A model generated the notes under the pieces. That model did no database searches. It was not told the DNA's origin and worked only from the letters and a program-made list of their open reading frames with translations. A stretch of 64,000 nucleotides of DNA from Cenococcum geophilum (taxonomy: Eukaryota): contig CP158636.1 of assembly GCA_050273025.1 (NCBI GenBank), positions 11,780,001 through 11,844,000 on the forward strand, read 5' to 3'. Made by a program: the position numbers and the translations under genes. Below, piece by piece: positions 27,780-41,491 of the stretch. How positions within the stretch are numbered: position 1 is the stretch's first letter; each line of letters begins with the position of its first letter.

Positions 27780-28212
27780 TTTTACTATAGTAACCAAAAC
27801 GCCTTAATATAGGACTATACTAATAACCAAAATATCTTAATATAGGACTGCATTATAGTAACTAAGACACCTTAATATAAAACTATATTATAGTAACCGA
27901 AACGCCTTAATATATAACTATACTATATTAACTAAGACGCCCTAATATAGGACTATACTATAGTAACTAAGATATCTTAATATATAACTATCACGGCACT
28001 AACCTAATACGTTGTTATGACTTAGTGTTATTATAATACGAGCACAGACCTAACCCCTAAGCGACGTATATATATACTACCTTACCTCCTACATAGATCT
28101 TTACACAACATCGTTTATCAATAATATACAGTCACCTCGTACCTCGTACCTTGACAGTTGGCACGTACTGTAACAATAACTATACTATAATAACTAAGAT
28201 GCCTTAATATAG
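27780..28212 (+). repeat. 35-bp tandem array (about 7 copies) downstream of the Crypton A gene, interrupted by a solo LTR
   Basis: TATACTATAGTAACCGAAACGCCTTAATATAGGAC-like units. Confidence 0.85.
27989..28175. mobile_element. Solo LTR (187 bp)
   Basis: TATCAC (RIP form of TGTCAC)...GTAACA; TSD ATAAC at 27984-27988 and 28176-28180. Confidence 0.85.
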
Positions 28213-28473
28213 AAATAGAGCCCGTTTAGGTGTTGTAAATTTAGAGTAATATTACGCGACTACCTAGAAGTACCAATCTAATATAAATTATATACCTTTT
28301 CGCCCAAAATCGCGTGCGAAAGTACTTAGGGGCGGTCGCTGCGCGACCTTATACGGGGTTCGGGCGCGTTATTAGTAGGGGTAGCCCTAACCTTGTATTA
28401 ACCTAGGTCATAACCGCGCCAGATTAGCCCCCCCAATATATAATAGATATATTAATTATATAAAGACTAAGTA

Positions 28474-29009
28474 TAGTGATATGCACGACCAGCTTTACCC
28501 CCCCCCCCCCCCCCCCCCCCCTTAGCGAGTTGTAGATTTAATACGGTATCCAATTTCGCCTAATTGCCGCCAGCTATATATAGTAATTGTAGCGAAGCCG
28601 TATACTTAGCTATAAGAACTTTACTTTTAGCGAACTTATAACTAGCCTTCCTTCGTAGTATTATAATCTTTATTAAATATTATAAGGTTTTAACCCGTAC
28701 GGTATTACTAAATTTTATTAGTAATTAAAGAGATAGCGTTATATTTATATTTTAGCGGCTATAATAAAGGCGTAGTTAAGGGAAAGAAAAGGAAGCTATA
28801 TATCTTTAATTTAGTTTTCCTAGCTAACCGCGAATCTCTAGGGTAACTAAGGCGAATCTTTAGGGTAACTAAAAAGGTCCTTACGCATAGCCATAGCCGT
28901 TTACTATAATTACTATATACAGTTAGTGGCAATTAGGCGAAATTAGATACCTATACTAAATTTATAACTCGCTAAAGGGGGGGGGTAAAGCTAGTCGTGT
29001 ATATTACTA
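28474..29009. mobile_element. MITE-1, ~540 bp, long (~120 bp) TIRs, TA TSD
   Basis: TAGTGATATGCACGACCAGCTTTACCCC... / ...GGGGTAAAGCTAGTCGTGTATATTACTA; TA on both sides. Confidence 0.88.
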
Positions 29010-29784
29010 TAGTTAATTAATATAATAAACTATATAGTAATATTGTAACGGCTTAAACTATTAAATAAATGTCTCGATAGAGACTTAAATAAATGCTTAT
29101 AAGGACCTTCACCGCACATGCAACCTTACTAAAAGGTGGCGCCGCACTTCCAAACTTACGCATACCCATCTTACCATCAAAAACTATCGTTTTCCTAACT
29201 CCTAAGACCTAATTCTGCCTACCTAGCGAGCTAGAGGTAGACTTGTTCCCCTCATTACCCCCTTTATTCTGCAATAGAGGCCTTGGAAAAAGGGGTCCTA
29301 GCGTATAAGCGAAGCACGGACAAGAACACCAAAACTACTACTACTACTACTACTACTAATACCAAAACTACAAAATATAGACTTTTCCTAGGTTTTTCTT
29401 CTATAGAAAGTAAAAGCCTAATAAAATAGGGGGTGTAGGTACTTTTCTATATCTCTTTTAGTCAGACTTTCCTTAGTAAGAGGAGGATTGCCTTTAGGGC
29501 TTTTCTGCTAGCAAAAGCCTAATAAGTCCTTTTTTTTAGTAGTTTTTTCTACTTCTAAAAGGAAAAGAAAATAACTACGCTAGTCTTTTTTAGCTAGTTT
29601 TTCTACTACCTTCTAGCCTAGTCTCCCTAGAAATCCTCTAGTAGGATTAGTAAGGAGAAAAGGTAAAAAAGGATAGTAAAAACTAGCAAGGCTTTTTGCC
29701 TAGTTTTTCACCTCTGGGACTAGGAGATAAGAGACCTAAGGAGGTTATTATCTACTGAAAAAACTAGGAAACCCCCCCTATAAA

Positions 29785-31452
29785 ATGTCAAAGAATCCTC
29801 AGGCTACTAAGCCTAAAAAGCCTCCTAAAGACAACAATACAGAGACAAGGGATAACGAATTTACTTTCCCTTTCCCCTCTTACTCTAGCCTATTTGGGAC
29901 AGGAGAACCTTAGGCTACTAAGCATTTTAGAGGTAAAGACACTATAGAGACAAGCGAGGACAAACTCTTAGCTGCCTTACCTACCTCACCTACCTTACCT
30001 ACCTTCTCTTCCTCTTCTCTCCCGCCTTCTCCCTGCCCATCTAGGGAAGACGTAGAGAAAGAGAATAGAAGGAAAAGAAGGCAATCTTCTTCTGAAAATA
30101 GAAAAGAGAACTAAAACCAAAGAAGAAGGCTACTAATACCTAAGCCTATTTCGGCTAGTATACCTTCCTCTACCTCTTCTCTAAAACAGCACCTACAAAT
30201 GGCTCTATATAACCTAAACCAGGCCTATATAGGGCTAAAAGAAGAAGAAGAAGAAAAAGAGCAAGTTAAATTACTAGGGGACTACGTACAGAGTGTCTTA
30301 GGAGGAGAAAATCCCTTTACAAAAGAAAAGGAAAGAAAAAAAAGAGATGTCCTAAAAGGACTAGTAGAAGAAGTAAGAGCTCTCCGTAAGGAAGTAGCCC
30401 TAAAAACACAAACCTACGCAGAGAAGCTAAAGAAGGGCCTCTCTTCTTCTACTTTTGCTCCCTCTTCTACTACCTCTTCCTCTACTACCTCTTCCTCTAC
30501 TACCTCTTCCTCTACTACCTCTTCCTCTACTACCTCTTCCTCTACTACCTCTTCCTCTACTACCTCTTCCTCTACTACCTCTTCCTCTACTACCTCTCCC
30601 TCTCCCCCCCCCTCCTTATCTCCCCCTACTAGTTCTACTAGCCCTACCTCTACTAGAGGGAAAAAAAAGCAATTACAAGAAAGGAAACTAGTCCTAGTTA
30701 CGGACCAAAAAGACCAGCCTCTAGATGTCTTCTCTCTACGAAATTAAGTCAACCAACTATTTATATCCAAAATGCAAATAGAGAAGCCAGTAATAGCTAC
30801 TATAGCTAGAACTAAAGAAAAGCAGAACATTCTTCTTATAACTACAGAAGAATATAATGCAGAGTTTCTAGTTAAATATAAGGAAATCTGGTCTAACTGC
30901 TTCTCTTTTAAAAGGGAACAAAAACTAGAGCCCTGGGCTTAGGTAGTAGCTTACGGCGTCCCTATCTCCCCTTTCCTAGGAGAAGGAGGCTCTAAACTTC
31001 TAAAAGAAGAAATAGAGACCTTTAATCCTATTAGAATACAGGGACTACCTAGATGGATCTCATCTAGGGAAAAGAGATATGATCCACAAACTAGGTTCGG
31101 CTCTATAGTTTTTGCTATAGAAAACGAGGAGAAAAGACAGGAAATCCTTAAGTAGAAGGAAATCCTAATTGCAGGGGTAGCTGCTAAGGTAGTTAAATAC
31201 CTAAAAGTCTCTCCTACTACACAGTGTATAAGTTGCCAAAAATTTGGCTATATAAGAGATAGATGCTCTACCAAGGCCTGTCGATTCTATGCAGCGGCAC
31301 ATCTATCTAAAGACCACTCCTGTTCTATTTGTAATATAACAGGTAGACCTTGCGAGCATACTACCCCTCTTTGCAGCAATTGTAAAGAAAAACACTTTGC
31401 TAATAGCAAAGACTGCGAGTCTCTTAAAGCAGCTAAACTAGTACACGAATGA
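29785..31452 (+). pseudogene. LINE ORF1 (gag-like, C-terminal Cys/His knuckles)
   Basis: ATG 29785 in frame with track ORF 30199-30747 and with TGA 31450-31452; CISCQKFGxIRDRC and CSNCKEKHFANSKDC motifs; a few RIP stops. Confidence 0.9.
30466..30600 (+). repeat. 15-bp tandem repeat TCTACTACCTCTTCC, about 9 copies (Ser/Thr tract in ORF1)
   Basis: Directly visible; in frame. Confidence 0.95.
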
Positions 31453-34400
31453 GTATAAGCTTAGAAGGTTTTATACAGGAAGAAGAAGAGATCTCTCTAG
31501 CTTCTAAAGCTAGGGGAGAAATCTCCTTTATACAATACAACGTAGGAAAAAGACAAGAAGTACAGCAAACCCTACTAGAAATAGGATTTAGGATAAAAAT
31601 AGATATTATCCTAGTACAAGAACCTAGTACCTGGAAAGACAGACAAAAAGAATCCTACTTCTCTATTCCACATCCTGCATTTAACCTTATCCTCCCTAGT
31701 AATCTAGCTATTTGACCTAGAGTAGCTATCTATATAAGGAAAACTAGTTCTAGTATTCTACAATATAGAAATAGGGAGGATATCTGTAAAGATACAGATA
31801 TTATAGCATTAGAAATCTATGGCCAATTCGAAAGATTTCTACTGTTTAATGTCTATAATGAGAGATAACTAGACGAAAACTCTAGAACCCAAAGAAGTAG
31901 TACAACTACTATCTCTAGGGCCATTCTAGAACTGGAAATAGACCTCCCTTTTATACTAATAGGAGACTATAACCTACACCACAAACGGTGGAACGCGCTA
32001 GCTAGAAACCCAACTAGGGAGGCTAAAGAACTAGTAGACTGGCTAGACAAATACAACTGCCAACTACTAAATTTAGATAAACAGCAAGGGACCTTTTATA
32101 GATCTAATATAAGGGAAAAGTCTATTATAGACCTAGCCTTCTACTCAGGAAACTTTTAAGAAAATACCTGGGATAATTAGACTATAATAGAAGAAACAGG
32201 ATCTAATCATAAGACTATAGCATTCTCTTTATTTACTAGAGAGACGCAAAGATACCTAAACCCTCTTTAAGAAACTCCTTTCTCTATAAAAAAGGCAAAC
32301 TGGGAACTCTTCTCTACCTCCTTAAAAGAACAAGTTCTAGAGCTAGAACTAGAAGCAAAGCTTTTAGTTTTAGAAGAACTAGTTAGAGAAAACCCCTATA
32401 TAGAGATAGGAGAAAAAGGTCCCCTAGCCTCCTTAGAAGATTCGTATAGACTTAAGGATAGAAGCTTAAGTACACTAGTAGATAATCTAGCAATAGATCT
32501 TACTAGCTGTATAAAGCTAGCAGCAGAGAAAGCTATCCCTAGATCTAGAACCTGCGAATTCTCTAAACTATGGTGGAATAAAGAGCTTCTAAAGAAAAGA
32601 CAAAAAATGGCAAAACTAGGAAGACTTCATAAAGAACAACCTAATAGAAGTTCTAGACTAGAAGCCTATAAAGAAGCTAAAAATTAATACTTTTACGCAA
32701 TAAGAGAAGCCAAGACTAGCTGCTGGAATAGCTTCCTAGAAAAAGCACAAGGAAAAGAGGTCTTTACTGCCCTAAAATACACAAAGGAGAGAACACTGCG
32801 AATAATCCCTAGTCTACAGTATAGTAAGGATGGGACTACTAGACTAGTAGAAAGCTTCGATAACCAATGCAAAGCTTTTATAACTACTCTATTCCCAAAA
32901 CCCCCTTCTACTAGCCCTATAGAGTGGAAGGACTATACTATAGATAGTAAATGGGAATAGCCAAAACTAGAGAGAATAGAAGTCAAATAAGCACTTCTCT
33001 CTAGCTCTAATAAAAAAGCTCCAGGGCCAGATGGTATATCTTTCGCAATTCTACAAAAGGCCTACCCTACTATAGAAGATCTTCTATATAGGATCTATAG
33101 GATATTATTTATCCTAGGCTATCAGCCAAAGGTATGGAGAGAAGCTTAAGGAGTTATTCTTCCTAAAGCAAATAAGGAGGACTATTCTCTACCAAAGTCC
33201 TATAGACCTATCTCCCTATTAAACTGCCTAGGAAAGACTTTAGAGAAGATCTTCGCTACTAGATTAGGATATCTAGCTAGTACTACTAGCTTACTTTAAG
33301 ATTCATAACTAGAAGGAAGAAGACAGCGGTCCGCAATAGACACAGTTTTACTACTTCTAAACAATATACAATCTAAAAATAGTAGGAAAAAAGCTAGATA
33401 AAGGATAGCTACTACGTTATTCCTAGACGTAAAGGGGGCTTTTAACCATGTCTCTAAAAACCAGCTTATATCTATCTGTAAGGAACTAGGACTACCTATA
33501 GCGTTTACACAATAGGTGGCTACCTTCCTAAGCAATAGAAAGATACAGCTCTCCTTTAATAGGCAAATACAAGAAAAAGTAGAACTAGAAACAGGGATAC
33601 CACAGGGATCGCCTATATCCCCTATCTTATTTCTACTATATCTACGCAATATCTATAGGCTAGAGACAGAAGGAGCCTATTCCCTTAGCTATATAGACGA
33701 TTTTGCAATTACGGTTACATTAAACTCTGCTAAATCTAACTGCAAAAAGCTAGAGAGGATTACGCGAGAGCTAATGTCTAGAGCTAAGGAAGCTGCTATT
33801 AGCTTTAATATTGGCAAAATAGAGCTTATACACTTCTATAATAAGCATACTACTATAGAGGAAGGGCTAAAGCTAGAAGACGTAGAAATATCCCCTAAAC
33901 CCCTAGTTAGGTAGTTAGGAGTATTCCTAAACTCTAAGCTTACTTTTAAACAACATATGGAAATAAAAATCTCTAAAGCAAAAGCAGCCTTCTATTTAAT
34001 TAGAAGACTAGGCAATACATAAAGAGGTCTATCCCTATAAGCCCTTTAACAGCTCTATATAGCCTGCGTTACTACTATAGCAGACTACGGAGTATAATGC
34101 TGGTGGAAAAGTAAATCTAGAGACTACCTACTAGCTAGGTACCAATCTCTACAAAATAAGGCCCTAAAACTAGTTCTAGGAGCGTTTAGAGGATCTCCAA
34201 GCCAAGCTATAGAGATTAAAGCTTCTACTCCTCCCCCTAGAATTAGATTTGAAAAGCTTTGCAATAACTACACATTAAGAATCCTAAAATTCAAGAAAAA
34301 CCACGCAATTAAAAAGGCCTATATAGAAGAGGTTAATAAAGATAGGGACGAACTAGCAGCTAGTTCTAGCTCTAATTCTAGCCCTAAAAACTCTACTATA

Positions 34401-35537
34401 AAGTACCTCCTACAGCCAAAAACACAGCTACTATCTCTAACCACTAGAGTTTAGAAGCTAATCCAAAATTGGAATATAGAGAGAGTCTCTCTAGACTAGC
34501 AAAAACCGTAGTCTCCTCCTATTCCCGCTTTCTTTTCTATCTCTAAAGGTAGTAAAGAAGAAGCTGCACAAAAACATCTAAGATTAGTAGAAAATCTATA
34601 AGAATCCCTAAAGTGGGACCTAGTAGATATATACTATACAGATGGCTCTAAAGACAATAAATTAAATACAGCAGCCGTATGCAAAATAGGAGAGAGAAAT
34701 AGGATTAAATATGCAACAAACTAGAATCTAGGGCCCTATATGGAAATTATAGACGCAGAGCTTTATGCAGTCTATAGGGCCCTAGAACACCTAAAACAAC
34801 AAAGACTAGAAGAGAAACAGGTTTATATCTTTATAGATAGCTAAGCGGCTATTAAGAGATTACAGCTTAATTCTCTTACAGGAGGGCAAGAACTAGTCTT
34901 TAAAATTACGTAAAGCTGTTCCTATCTAGCTAGCAGGAATATCTCTATTAACTTCCATTAGGTCCCTAGCCACCTAGGAATTTACGGAAATAAAATAGCA
35001 GATAAACTAGCTAAAAAGGGCCTCTCTAAAAAAAAAATATAATCTTCTTATTCTTCTCTAGCCCACCTAGGGAAATAAGCAAGAGAAAAGATACTAGAAT
35101 AGTGGAAAAACAACTAGCAACAGAATAAAAGCAAAGGAAAACACTATACTAGAATCTATAAAGGAAACTACCCTTTCTCTTTTAAAGCTACTAAGGATAA
35201 ATATCCTAAAAAGCTATAGTCAGCTTTCTTTCAACTAAAACTAGGAAAAGGCTTCTTTAAATCCTTCTCTAAAACAATAGGGAAGGATAAAGAAGGTAAA
35301 TGCTTTAAGGACTATACCGCGGTATAAACCCCTATATACCTCTTACTAGAATACAGACTACATTAGGAAGATAAAAAGAAAATGCAAAGACAAATAGGCT
35401 CTTCTCTCTCCTTAGAGAAGCTTTTTTGTACAAAAAAAGGAAGAAGGGCACTTTTTCTATTCTTAAGTAGGATAAAAATAGCTACTGGGAAGTAGCTAAG
35501 AGCAGAAGGATCTCTAGAAGGAGGCAACTCCTATTAA
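31449..35537 (+). pseudogene. LINE ORF2 (APE endonuclease, RT, RNase H)
   Basis: ATGA overlap with ORF1; VQEP, GDYNLHH, GIPQGSPISPILF, YIDD, YTDGS motifs; start and end are in frame (1363 codons) with scattered TAA/TAG. Confidence 0.94.
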
Positions 35538-36261
35538 AGTCCTAGTAGATAGACTATAGAAAGCAAAAGGACAGAAATTAACTATAAAAAGGACAGGGAC
35601 AGGCGTTAGGATTATTTATAATTTTATTCTAATTTTTTCTACTATTTTCCTATCGTTTTCTTACTACCTAATAGTTGTTAGCAACCTAGTATCTCACTAG
35701 GAAGCTGTAAATCCCTAGTTTAGGGATTTATAAACTACTAGGACATAGCTACTAGTATATATTAAGCTGCCTAGAAAGAATTCATGTATATAGAACTATA
35801 GCGCTATAGCCTAGAGGCTGCATGTGCAGTATTGTACGTAGTATAATACAACGGATATAAAAAAAAATATATAAAAAAAAAATGCTTATAAGATAAAGCG
35901 AACGAATACTATATTATAAAGATATTAAGCTAAGAAGTAAGAGAAGGTAGTAAGGCCACGTCTATATATATATGCTAAGTCTTAAGCGAACCCCTAACTA
36001 GGTGACGCGCTCTAGCGCCGTTATAGATATACACGACTAGCTTTACCTCCCTCCCTCTTTAGCAAGTTATAGATTTAGTATAGGTATCTAATTTCGCCTA
36101 ATTGCTACTAACTATATATAGTAATTATAGTAAACGGCTGTGGCTACGCGTAAGGACCTTTTTAGTTACCTTAGAGATTCGCCTTAATTACCCTAAAGAT
36201 TTACGGTTAGCTAGAAGAACTAAATTAAAGATATATAGCTTCCTCTTCTCCCCCTTAACTA

Positions 36262-38881
36262 CAGACTTGCGGCTGATAGAATATCCTGTCAAACCTGTCA
36301 AATAGATAGGGTGTTAGCTGACAGGGCTGTCTGTCAGACAGCTGTCGTGACAGGGCTTGGCAGTCTAAAATTTTCTAACAGACAATACATCGATTCTTTT
36401 GTTTCCCTATCGTACGACCTTATTAATATGGCCTGCCCTGGTGAAATTCTATCTGATGATCTTTACAGTAATAACTCCTTTGAAAGTAATATACCTTCTA
36501 CTCTTTTAAGCCCTATTGAAGCCGATGCTGATACAGGCTTAACCTTAACACGTCAAACAGCCGCGTTCTCCAGATCCCACTCCTTAATCCATAAACATAC
36601 TCGTACGATAACGGTAGAAGAAAAGAAACGAACAAAGAAGAATTACTTCTGTAAATATTGCCCTTTTGAAGATCTAAAAGGACATCACGCCTTAACGCAA
36701 GGACTGCAACTTTATCTTAAGAAACATAAAGTTCAATGGAGTCTGGAGGAGAATAATCCACATATAATAACAAAAGATAAAGCAGAAAGTTCTATTTAAC
36801 AACTATACCAAAGACTTCTGATAAAGGGAGAAATATAAGGTCTTAAGGGCGAGGTTCTGAAGCGTATAGTACAGAAAAATACTGTAAAATAAGCACTTTT
36901 AGATCTCATTATTGTACGACGGCTTCCATTCTTATGTGTGGAATAGAAGGAGTTTTATGCTTTTATTAAAGCATTAAATTAAGAAGCACCTTTATTCGTC
37001 CCTAAATATTATTTAACAATATTAGACTGGATCTCTGAGTACTTTATTAAGAGTCAGGATATTATATAAAGAGCACTTCAATCTGCAAAGACAAATATCT
37101 ACTTTACCGTTGATATCTGGACCTATCCTAATTATTCTCTTCTCCTTAGAATCTGTGCCAGCTTTCTTGATATCTAAGATGAATACCAAAATATCTTAAT
37201 TGCCCTTCGTACGGTATATAGTTAGAGTAGTGCAGATCAATAGGAGGCACTTCGTCCTGTCCTTATTGAGTATGGAATTATAGTAAAGATTGGAGCTCTT
37301 GTTGGCGATAATGCTAGATTAAACGATATTCTTTGTCGTATGATAAGCCAATGGCTTAGGCTTAAATACTAAATTACCTGGAACGTAACATATTAAAGAA
37401 TTCGCTGCTAGGGGCATATTATTAATCTTATTATTCAGGCCTTCCTATTTAAATTAAAGAAGGATGAGAAGCTTATAGAGTTGTATAATAAAGAGGATCA
37501 GGATTAGGAAGAAGAAGAGGATGAGGAAGAGCCTATACGACTAGTACCGCAGCCAGTAATGGCGAAAGATAAGAGGAAAAAGAAGGGTGAAGAACCAGAG
37601 CTATTGTTGGCCGAAAGAGGTAAGAATATTTGAGATATTATGGGCCCTATGGGAAAGCTCCATAACCTTATTATATACATCCGCAAATCAGCTAATCGTA
37701 TAACATGGTTTAAAGAATATGCACTTAAGATTATTCCTCTTAATAATTGTATAAGATGGAATAGTTGGTATAATATGTTAAGTGTAGCTCTAGAGGATAG
37801 AGTGAAGGCTAGGCTTTAACTCTACGTAGAATATTACTAGGATAGTATCTTAAAAGAGGATATCCTTATAATAAGTAAATGGGTACACCTTTATACAATT
37901 CGTGACTTCCTTTAGTCTTTTTATAAAGCAACTCTATTTCTTTAAGGAGATTATATAACACTAGAAAGGGTTCTAGAATTAATTAATATTCTTAAAGATC
38001 TAATATAAGACGCATTGATATGTCGTACGATACTCTTAACATTTCTTTAGCTAATTTTTTCCTACTAGGTGATAGCCACTAAGGCTAAGGATAAGTTTAT
38101 GGCATTTTAACTCCAACGTGCTAAGGAAAAGCTTATAAAGTACGTTAAGAAGTTAGACGATTCTCCATACTATCTAGCGGCACGAATTCTTAACCTATAA
38201 TGTCGTACGGCTTTCCTTAAAAATGAGAATAACTATATTACAATTAAAGGAGAGAAACAGCTCTACACCGTACGAAAGCTCTGGGAGAGATTCCGTGATA
38301 AGGCACCACTTTTAACTATACCGTATAAGTCTAAAAGTACTAGCAAATCTGCTCTCTGACCGGAGGAAAATCTCTCTGCCTTCCATAAGGCTCGTCGGCT
38401 ATATATTTTAAAGCATACTCGTCTACAGAGCCAGGATAAGTTTAATAATTATATCAGTAAGAACCCAATTATGCTAGATAGTAAAATAACGGCTATTTAA
38501 TAGTGGAGTTAGCAGCGTAAGAGATATAAACGACTCTCATAGCTTGCAATTAAAGTTCTTTTTATACCTAGAATAAGTGATAAACTAGAGAAAGTATTTT
38601 TAGGCTCTCAACGTAGAGTTTTATGGGATCGTACGAAAATAAGTATACGAATACTTAAGGCAATAGAATGCTTAAAGGACTAGACTGATTAAGGAATTCT
38701 AGGTATCCCTTTATAGTTTCTTTATCGTATAGTAGCTGGTAGAGGGTTTTAAGATAATAATAAATTGAAATTTCCTTTTATGGCTTAGGCTGTTAGACCC
38801 TATTCTAATAATATCTTAATACTATTAGCTAATAGGCTGGCTGTTTAACAGGGCTGTTAAGCCCTGTTACCCGCAAGTCTG
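36262..38881 (+). mobile_element. Complete hAT DNA transposon (2620 bp)
   Basis: TIR CAGACTTGCGG/CCGCAAGTCTG; 8-bp TSD CTTAACTA (36254-36261, 38882-38889). Confidence 0.96.
36428..38716 (+). pseudogene. hAT transposase pseudogene
   Basis: BED-like YFCKYC; VDIWT; RCxGHIINL; RWNSW; C-terminal EKVF motif; probable intron ~38018-38068; RIP stops. Confidence 0.9.
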
Positions 38882-39002
38882 CTTAACTACGCCTTTATTA
38901 TAGCCGCTAAAATACAAATATAACGCTGTCTCTTTAATTATTAATAAAATTTGGTAATACTATATGGGTTAAAACCTTATAATATTTAATAAAGATTATA
39001 AT

Positions 39003-41316
39003 TGTTCGGATCACGGTAGGGGGGGGTTTTGGTCTTAATTGATTTCTTCTTCTTCCGTAGAGGATCGTAAGGATCGCGGTGCCTAAATAGGGGGGGGCTA
39101 AGGTCGGACTATCTATCGGGCTGTAGGTGGTCAGGTAACCTACGCTACGCTATACGGCCCCTGCCGTATACGCTCTGCGCGTAATACTATTTATAACCTC
39201 TACTTATACAGACACTGGCAACATTTATAAAAAGGAAAGAAGGTAAAAAAGTATAAAGGAGAAGTGTATACGTCAACAGGTGCTTAGGGTAGTAATCGCG
39301 GATGTTTTAGGTATTGTAAATATTGCGGATATTGCAGACATTACGGATATCGTTATAGATATTGCGGATATTGCAGATATTACGGATGTCGTAAATATTC
39401 GGATATTGCGGTGGAAACAGGTAGGCGCGTATAAGGTGTTACTAAGGTGTCCATAATCTCTATCCCTCTCCCTTTACAAACTTAGTCCAAAACGCCTCCG
39501 CCTTAGGGTCGCCGTAATAGCTAGGATAGGGTTCTATATTGAGGTAGAAGTTAGAAGCTCTAAAGGTATCCCCTTGGTTATCGTCGTCGTTGTTATTAGT
39601 ATCGCCGTTGCTACCCTCAAAATCGGAGATATATTGACGTATTCTTTAGTCCCTTTCTTCCTTTGTATAGTTTGTAAACCAACACCCAGATTTGCTGTAT
39701 ATAAAGCACTTTTTGCCCTTACGGTATTGACGATTAGGGGGGTAATGTCGTTGGTTAGAGGAACGGTATCGTCGGTTGGTATAGAATAATTTAATCTCTA
39801 GTTCTTGTTTACCGTACGTCGCGATTAAGGATTTAATGTCGCTAATAAGGCCGGTAAGGGTAGTAGCGGGTCGAAAGCAAGCTGGTTTACAAGCTGGTAC
39901 GTCTTGGCACGTAGTAAGGAGCTTATTATAGAATGTCGTGTCATTTTAAAGGTCCTTTGCTAACCCACGTTGTAGCTGCTATATCTTGTCAATTAATATC
40001 TAAAATGCTTGGCCTGTATTAAGTCCTTTTTAAGCAGTAACTTGTTTAAGTGTAATTGCATTCCACTTTAATAGGATATCGCGTTTGTATTCGTCGCCTT
40101 TAAAGTATAATTTAAGGCCTATGCATACATTCTCGAGAAGGTTAAGATCTTTAAGGTAGGTGAAGTAGTATTTAAGAGTAAGGCCGCGGAGCATAGTTGG
40201 AATAGTAATGGTATAGGCCTGCTTAGGGACGCCGGCTCGGAGGCAGTAGTTTTAGAAGATCTTAAACTTAAAATCGAAGTTATCTTATTTGCTAGAGTAT
40301 TTAACTTCGTCCGTGTAGAGCTTAGCTAAGTTAGTAATCTTTCTTCCGAAGCTTCCTTATAAGGTTAGGGGGGTAGTTACTAGGGTTGGCTGAATAATTT
40401 AAACGGGGGCAGTCGATAGTGATGGTAGAGCTGGGGTAGGGTTATCGGTAGGGTCGTCGGTAGGGCCATCGGTAGGGCCGTCAGTAGGGCCGTCGGTAGG
40501 GCCGTCGATAGGGTCGTCGGTAGGGCCGTCAGTAGGGTCATTAGTAGGCCATTTTAAGGGAGTTGGTTTGTGAATAGTTCCTAAGAGGCCGTCTACAATT
40601 GACTTCCTTGCCTCCTTCCGTACGTATACCCTATTTTTACGGAGGTAATCCCTAATCTTCTTCAATCGATCCTTGCCAAGGTTATTAAGTATATCCCTCG
40701 TAAACGACTTAAAATCGTTGACAAAGCTCTCCTATAAGTCGAATCCCTTCTATCCATTCTCCTTATATATTGATAATCGCTAATTAACGAATGCTTCGAC
40801 TTCCTTAATATCGGTTGCGGTCGCGTCAATTCCGGTCTTCCATTTTATAGTATCCATCGCGGAGGTAGCCATCTTTTGGTTCCGCAGTTAATTTAATTCG
40901 ACAGTCGGACTAGAAGCGTGGAAACTCACAAACTAATCATTCTGAAGGCGTAATAGACGTAGGTTAGAAGCGCGAGTAACCTTACAAACTGGCCTTTAGG
41001 CTTAGCAAGCAATACCTTAATTCTTAGCCTTTGACAAGAGGTCTAGAGAATCAGACAGTGCCTCTTTTCGTTATACCGTTACTAATCTGTGCGGCACTGA
41101 TCAGTGTTCGGATCACGGTAGGGGGGGGTTTTGGTCTTAATTGATTTCTTCTTCTTCCGCAGAGGATCGTAAGGATCGCGGTGCCTAAATAGGGGGGGGC
41201 TAAGGTCGGACTATCTATCGGGCCGTAGGTGGTTAGGTAACCTACGCTACGCTATACGGCCCCTGCCGCATATACTCTACGCGTAATACTATTTATAACC
41301 TCTACTTATACAGACA
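39003..41316 (-). mobile_element. Non-autonomous gag-only GalEa-type LTR element (2314 bp)
   Basis: 212-bp LTRs 39003-39214 and 41105-41316; TSD ATAAT; CTGATCAGTG after the 5' LTR; GTTGCCAG before the 3' LTR as in Copia copies 1-3; no pol. Confidence 0.93.
39460..40872 (-). pseudogene. gag pseudogene (471 codons between ATG and TAG)
   Basis: ATGGCTACC at 40872 in frame with track ORF 40399-40665 and TAG 39460-39462; knuckle KKCFIxSKSGCWFTNx ~39665-39715; PTDG repeats. Confidence 0.82.
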
Positions 41317-41491
41317 ATAATACTATAGAGGAAGGCTAGTTATAAGTCTACTAAAAGTAAAGTTCTTACAGCCAAGCATACGGCTTCGCTATAATTACTA
41401 TATACAGCTAGCAGCAATTAGGTGAAATTAGATACCGTATTAAATCTATAACTTACTAAGGGGGGAGGGGTAAAGCTAGTCGTGCACATTA

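Larger units (their letters stand above)
17757..28418 (+). mobile_element. Crypton-like element A, internally deleted, carrying nested insertions
   Basis: Contains the YR/GCR1_C pseudogene; imperfect inverted end motifs CCTAGGTTAGTACTAGGTTAG (~17770) and CTAACCTTGTATTAACCTAGG (~28387); right end recurs inverted at 63529-63570. Boundaries approximate. Confidence 0.7.
29104..35879 (+). mobile_element. Full-length Tad1-like LINE, RIP-inactivated
   Basis: TSD AAATGCTTATAAG (29091-29103, 35880-35892); A-rich tail; two overlapping ORFs. Confidence 0.96.
29044..36025. mobile_element. Solo LTR split by the LINE (29044-29103 + 35893-36025)
   Basis: TGTAACGGC...GCCGTTATA inverted ends; TSD AATAT/GATAT (one RIP-type change). 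Confidence 0.8.

Noticed and set aside
28498..28521. Long poly-C run as a functional element
   Set aside because: Matches a shorter G run in the opposite TIR; slippage or sequencing artefact is sufficient.
30455..30691. Leu/Pro repeat ORF
   Set aside because: Alternate frame of the 15-bp repeat in LINE ORF1.
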